A DNA stretch of 64,000 bases from the NCBI GenBank assembly GCA_041749335.1, contig JBGTBM010000010.1:221110-285109 (forward strand). Direction: 5' to 3'. Positions 59,818-64,000 of the stretch are shown here, one piece after another. The notes below the pieces were generated by a model. It saw nothing but the letters and a program-made list of their open reading frames with translations. It ran no database searches and was not told the DNA's origin. The translations under genes and the position numbers were made by a program. The stretch is from Patescibacteria group bacterium (lineage in GTDB: Bacteria; Patescibacteriota; JABMPQ01). The stretch's first letter is position 1, and the number at the start of each line of letters is the position of its first letter.

Positions 59818-60780
59818 TTATTGCTTGTTCTTACCGCTTTTTCTTCTTACCGCCCACACGATCAACCATATTAATATGGCTACCGGACCGACAAAGATTA
59901 TCGCCCAAACCAAGACATCCGCCAGCCATTGCAGGGACTGCACCCAATAACTGAAAGCCGTTTTAAAATTATTGAGCGGACGCCACTTGGAAGTCGGCAC
60001 CTCCACCCTCACCTCCTCTACCAAATAGATTGTAATGGTGGAAAAATCAGTCACGCTTTCTAAATATTTCAATCGGCCTTCAATCGTCTCAATATTGCCT
60101 CTGACGATAGACAGCTGTTTAGTAACTTTTAGAATATCGTCAATCGTCGTCGCTTTTTCCAAAATACTTAAATATTGTTCTTCTTCGGCCCGATAATTTT
60201 TCAGTTGCGCCTGCAAATCCACATATTCCTCGGTAACATCTTTGCCCGAGATATCTTCTCTTTCAATATTTATAGCTAATTTTTTAATCTGCTCATAAAC
60301 ATTTTCAAATTTATCCGCGGGAACTTTAATCGTAATTGTGCTATTTTGCTTTCCGTCGGAATCAGTCCGGGTATTAGCGCTTTGCACAAAACCCTCGCTT
60401 GCTTGCGCGATATCGGTTATTTCACTGCCGGCATCATCAATTTCTTCCACCTCTATCTTCATGCTGCCCGTCTTGATAACTTTTTTTTCGGTTATTTCTC
60501 CGGCCGCTGTGCTTATTACTTTATCTTCTACAACGTCTAGGTCTTCATTGCCGATATATTCTGGCGCTCCTTCCTCTACTACCGCTTCCTTCGCCAATGA
60601 GTCTTCTCCTTGATAACTTTCGCTGGAATAATAATCAACCGAATCGCTGGTTTTATTATTGGAAACTTGCGCGATCCAATATATCATCACCGCAATCCCG
60701 ATAGTAGCGATAATAAAGAAAACCACTAGGCTTAACAATATCCACAGCCAGGCCTTTTTCTTTTTTGTTTTTGTTGGCAT
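59818..60780 (-). CDS. DUF4349 domain protein
   Basis: KVIKTGSMKIEV, IKVPADKF and DVTEEYVDL motifs; N- and C-terminal TM helices. Confidence 0.88.
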   Translation of the reverse strand: MPTKTKKKKAWLWILLSLVVFFIIATIGIAVMIYWIAQVSNNKTSDSVDYYSSESYQGEDSLAKEAVVEEGAPEYIGNEDLDVVEDKVISTAAGEITEKKVIKTGSMKIEVEEIDDAGSEITDIAQASEGFVQSANTRTDSDGKQNSTITIKVPADKFENVYEQIKKLAINIEREDISGKDVTEEYVDLQAQLKNYRAEEEQYLSILEKATTIDDILKVTKQLSIVRGNIETIEGRLKYLESVTDFSTITIYLVEEVRVEVPTSKWRPLNNFKTAFSYWVQSLQWLADVLVWAIIFVGPVAILIWLIVWAVRRKSGKNKQ

Positions 60781-60785
60781 TTTTT

Positions 60786-61721
60786 TTATTTATTTATTAA
60801 AAATAATAATTTTTTCATTTCATCATCAATATGTTTTTGCATGATGCCAATAATATGCTTGTTCTTTTCTTTAAATAAATGGCTGAATCGCCCTTGATGT
60901 TTAATAAATTCCGTTATTGGCTTTCTTTTAGCGGGCTGGTAATTCAACCGGTACTTCCCGTTAATAATTTCATATAGCGGCCAAAAATTTGTTTCCACTC
61001 CCAAGCGGGCCATGGTTATTCCCATGTCTTCGGGAAATTTCCAGCCCAGCGTACAGGGGGCAAGAACATTGATAAAAGCCGGGCCTTTAACGGCTAAACC
61101 TTTTCTGACTTTTCTCAAAAAATCTTCCCGATGAGACACGGCAACAGTCGCCGCATATTCAATATCATGAGCCGCGACTATTTTGGTAAGATTTTTCCGA
61201 AAAACATTTTTACCATCCTGTTTCTTGCCATCTGGCGTAGTTGATGTAACAGCGCCATAAGGCGTGGCTGATGACCTTTGGTTGCCGGTATTCATATAGC
61301 CGCCGTTATCGTAACAGACAAACAAAAAATTGTGTCTTCTTTCCAATGCTCCCGAGAGCGCCTGTAGACCGATATCATATGAGCCGCCATCTCCGGCAAA
61401 GACGATAAATTTTGGCTCTTCCTCGACTTTAATTTTTCCCTGTTTTTTCAAAGATTTATAAGCCGACTCTACTCCCGAGATTGTTGCGGCCGCATTGCCA
61501 AAAACGCTATGAATATACGGCACATTCCAAGAAGTATAGGGGTAGATAGTGGTAGTTACCTCCATGCACCCGGTGGCATTTGCCACCACGCATGGCCCCT
61601 TAACCTGAGATAATACATAGCGAGCAGTATGCGGGACAGCGGTACATCCACGGCAGCTGCGATGACCCGAAGCTAACTTTTGACAATTTTCCATATTTTT
61701 TTCAATATTAATACTATTCAT
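60786..61721 (-). CDS. porB: Pyruvate/2-oxoacid:ferredoxin oxidoreductase beta subunit
   Basis: GHRSCRGC, ATGCMEV, TPP-binding GDGGSYDIG...DNGGYMNTG and PCTLGW motifs. Start position uncertain. Confidence 0.9.
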   Translation of the reverse strand: MNSINIEKNMENCQKLASGHRSCRGCTAVPHTARYVLSQVKGPCVVANATGCMEVTTTIYPYTSWNVPYIHSVFGNAAATISGVESAYKSLKKQGKIKVEEEPKFIVFAGDGGSYDIGLQALSGALERRHNFLFVCYDNGGYMNTGNQRSSATPYGAVTSTTPDGKKQDGKNVFRKNLTKIVAAHDIEYAATVAVSHREDFLRKVRKGLAVKGPAFINVLAPCTLGWKFPEDMGITMARLGVETNFWPLYEIINGKYRLNYQPAKRKPITEFIKHQGRFSHLFKEKNKHIIGIMQKHIDDEMKKLLFLINK

Positions 61722-61773
61722 TATAATCAATTTCTTTATAAAAATAAATAAAACTCCAAGATAATTCTTGGAG

Positions 61774-62277
61774 CTAGATTAACATTCCAAATTTTTGAGC
61801 AAATTCCAGCGCTTCGGCTTCGCTTAAACCATAATTAATATCTTCGGATTTTATCAATTTTATTTTTTCACCGTCTCTTTCAACCAGATACCCGCCATCA
61901 GCCTGTTTTCGAGCAAAATATTTTTTATCTCTTTCAAATTCAATTAAACCCATGGCGATAATGTTTCCAAAACTGGCGCCGGTTTTGTGGCTAAAGATTA
62001 CCACCGAAACATACCTGACCGCCAAATCCGTGTCTGCGCCAAAATTTGTTTTAATTAAATTGACACAAACCCAAGCTCCGCCCCGCTTGATAAACCGATC
62101 AGCGCCGCCAGCAATAGAAAGCCAGCCAATCCCCTTCTGCCGGCCGCACAATTCACCAAGATCAGCAACAAGCGCGCTTTCCAGAGCGCCTTGATTTTTT
62201 AAATTAGCGCTCAAAAGATATTTCCGGTAAATTTGTTGAGATAATTCTAGGCACTGGCGCACGATCTCGTTATACAT
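61774..62277 (-). CDS. Hypothetical protein (possible degenerate inositol monophosphatase-like fragment)
   Basis: 167-aa ORF with an SD-like GGAAGGTGA upstream and a terminator-like hairpin downstream. The family resemblance is weak. Confidence 0.55.
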   Translation of the reverse strand: MYNEIVRQCLELSQQIYRKYLLSANLKNQGALESALVADLGELCGRQKGIGWLSIAGGADRFIKRGGAWVCVNLIKTNFGADTDLAVRYVSVVIFSHKTGASFGNIIAMGLIEFERDKKYFARKQADGGYLVERDGEKIKLIKSEDINYGLSEAEALEFAQKFGMLI

Positions 62278-62457
62278 TCTTCACCTTCCGCCTATCTTGG
62301 TTAGCACCTTAGATCTTACCTTTTTTCTCTTAATATGGAATTTATAAAATGAACGATTTGTAAATAATATCTAAAATAAATTAATCGAGCAAGCCTTGAC
62401 TAAAATAAGAATGTATTATATTTTTTAGTGATGTTCATTGCACACAGGGAGGACAAG

Positions 62458-62793
62458 ATGAGCGACCAGAGAGTATTTTTTTCAATCGCCGCCATTAAGG
62501 ACAAATTCAAAAATTCCAAACTTTTGCCGATTCTTGTAAAAATTTTTGTAGCCACCAATGGTTTGCGTGAGAAAAGCTCGGTTCGCTTATCTGGTGAAGA
62601 AAAAATTTTGCTAATAAATGAATGTAAAAATAAGGGATTCGAACCCGCTTGGTCCCTAATGACTTGCCTGGGAACACTTTTCCCCGATGTCGATGAAATT
62701 CTGGCTAGAGATAAATTCAAAAAAGCCACCGGACTCGAAATCTCAGTAATCATCAATCAATTCTTTGCCCTCATCAAAATCAATACTTGTTGA
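62458..62793 (+). CDS. Hypothetical protein
   Basis: SD AGGGAGG before ATG at 62458; upstream TTGACT; only a short tail overlap with the convergent gene. Confidence 0.55.
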   Translation: MSDQRVFFSIAAIKDKFKNSKLLPILVKIFVATNGLREKSSVRLSGEEKILLINECKNKGFEPAWSLMTCLGTLFPDVDEILARDKFKKATGLEISVIINQFFALIKINTC

Positions 62794-64000
62794 ACCAAGC
62801 CCTTTTGCTTGGTTTTCTTATTGCCAATAGAATAAAGGCTAAAAGCAAAATACTTCCAATGATAATTAAATCATTGATTTTTATTCCCGCCGCAGGGATA
62901 TCTCCTGCTCCAAACACATTTTTTCCGGTTTGCAAATCCTCCTGGTATCGAGGCATAACGCGATATCCGGTGGAAGTTTGCCCGACCACACCGGTTATTG
63001 TTACCCAATCGCCTTTCTTCCATTCCGGTTTTTTGATATTGGTAGATTTTTGAATATAAATTTTTATTTCTCCGCTGCCGTCATCGATATAAAAGGTATT
63101 GCCTGATTGTTTGGTAATCTGTCCGGATACTCTTACCAGGCTGCCTTCAAAATTTTCTTTGACTGATCCGGTGGTTATTTCCGCCGGAGTCCGATTATTG
63201 CCGGCTGAAATTATTTTAATATCATTTTTATCGGCAATATTGATTTTTTTCTCTCCGCTTATTTCTGAAACTTTTCCCGAAACTTCAATCTGATCGCCTA
63301 ATTTGAGATTAGGGAAATCCTTTTTAGAAAAATAAATCTGCACTCCGGCCGTATCGTCCTGAATATAAAAGTAAGTTTCACTTATTACTTTGGGAGGAAC
63401 CGTTACCACGCCGCGAACCTTCACAGCGGTATTTTTATCTTTGGCTTTGGCTTGGCTAATGGAAATTATATTTATTTCGTCAGCCTCTGAATCACTACTC
63501 GCGCTTACAGTAGTGGAACTTGAATTTACGGACGCGGCATCTGATTCATCATCATCTTCCTCTTCCGCCGGCAGATTAATAACATTTTTCTTGCCCGGCG
63601 TTAAGGTATTAGTCCATTGAAAACTCCCCAAATCGTCTCGGGCATATGACTGATCGTCCTTGGCGCTGCCTTCATATCTTTGTTCATCGGCTATCTTTTC
63701 ATCCGGTGAAATTAATCTCACCGCGTCCCCCGAATTATTGATAGAAATTTTTGTGTCGCTATTATAAAAAACCAGATACCCGCCGGCCGCAATTGACGTT
63801 CCTTCTGAAATCGTATACGGGCTGCTACCGCCGTCTTCATCATCAATTTTCCATCCGGAAAGATTTACCGCCGCCTTCCCTTGATTATAAAGCTCAATAA
63901 ATTCGGCATTGGTGTCTGTGCCCGCGGGATTAGGTAAAAATTCATTCACAATCACTTGGTCAGAATAGGGGCCGGAATCAATCATGCTTTTTTCCGCTAT
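62780..64000 (-). CDS. Surface protein with lamin-tail domain, OB-fold(s) and a C-terminal anchor (probably starts beyond the window)
   Basis: VIVNEFLPNP.G.D...EFIELYN (lamin tail); GVVT..P....YFYIQDDTAG (OB-fold); IPAAG plus TM plus basic tail. The frame is open to the window edge. Confidence 0.8.
   Translation of the reverse strand: MAEKSMIDSGPYSDQVIVNEFLPNPAGTDTNAEFIELYNQGKAAVNLSGWKIDDEDGGSSPYTISEGTSIAAGGYLVFYNSDTKISINNSGDAVRLISPDEKIADEQRYEGSAKDDQSYARDDLGSFQWTNTLTPGKKNVINLPAEEEDDDESDAASVNSSSTTVSASSDSEADEINIISISQAKAKDKNTAVKVRGVVTVPPKVISETYFYIQDDTAGVQIYFSKKDFPNLKLGDQIEVSGKVSEISGEKKINIADKNDIKIISAGNNRTPAEITTGSVKENFEGSLVRVSGQITKQSGNTFYIDDGSGEIKIYIQKSTNIKKPEWKKGDWVTITGVVGQTSTGYRVMPRYQEDLQTGKNVFGAGDIPAAGIKINDLIIIGSILLLAFILLAIRKPSKRAWFNKY

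Noticed and set aside
62400-62756. 118-aa minus-strand ORF
   Set aside because: It is antisense to the plus-strand ORF that has SD and promoter support.
1758-63620. Many 60-200 aa ORFs antisense to or nested in recognised genes (e.g. 2921-3424, 6553-7062, 47318-47713, 51708-52316)
   Set aside because: Shadow ORFs: they overlap well-supported genes and show no motifs or expression signals.
1-64000. Alternative genetic code (UGA=Gly, as in Gracilibacteria/Absconditabacteria)
   Set aside because: Core genes translate to full length under the standard code.

Overview
AT-rich chromosomal segment read with the standard bacterial code. Gene content and style suggest Patescibacteria (CPR, Parcubacteria-like); this is an inference. 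Core genes are rplY, rodA, dnaE, thrS, nrdR-nrdJ, scpAB, miaAB, gatB, dut-thyA-folA-tmk, secE-nusG-rplK-rplA, gyrB, pheST, sbcDC and three tRNAs. These are mixed with a glycosylation cluster and several surface proteins. I found no CRISPR array, rRNA, transposase, integrase or reverse transcriptase. The main finding is three paralogous, signal-peptide-bearing, tail-fibre-like proteins. Two of them have near-identical sigma70 promoters with a poly-G tract (G9 and G11) in the -35/-10 spacer, and the third has an in-frame G8 tract; together this is a candidate phase-variable adhesin system. Other observations: CarS-like and CDP-alcohol phosphatidyltransferase genes interleaved in the nusG-rplK-rplA operon; a promoter-driven ~58 nt hairpin RNA containing an anti-SD sequence; an unannotated 57-aa gene; a GGEEF protein; and a glycoside hydrolase with an apparently permuted lectin-like insert.
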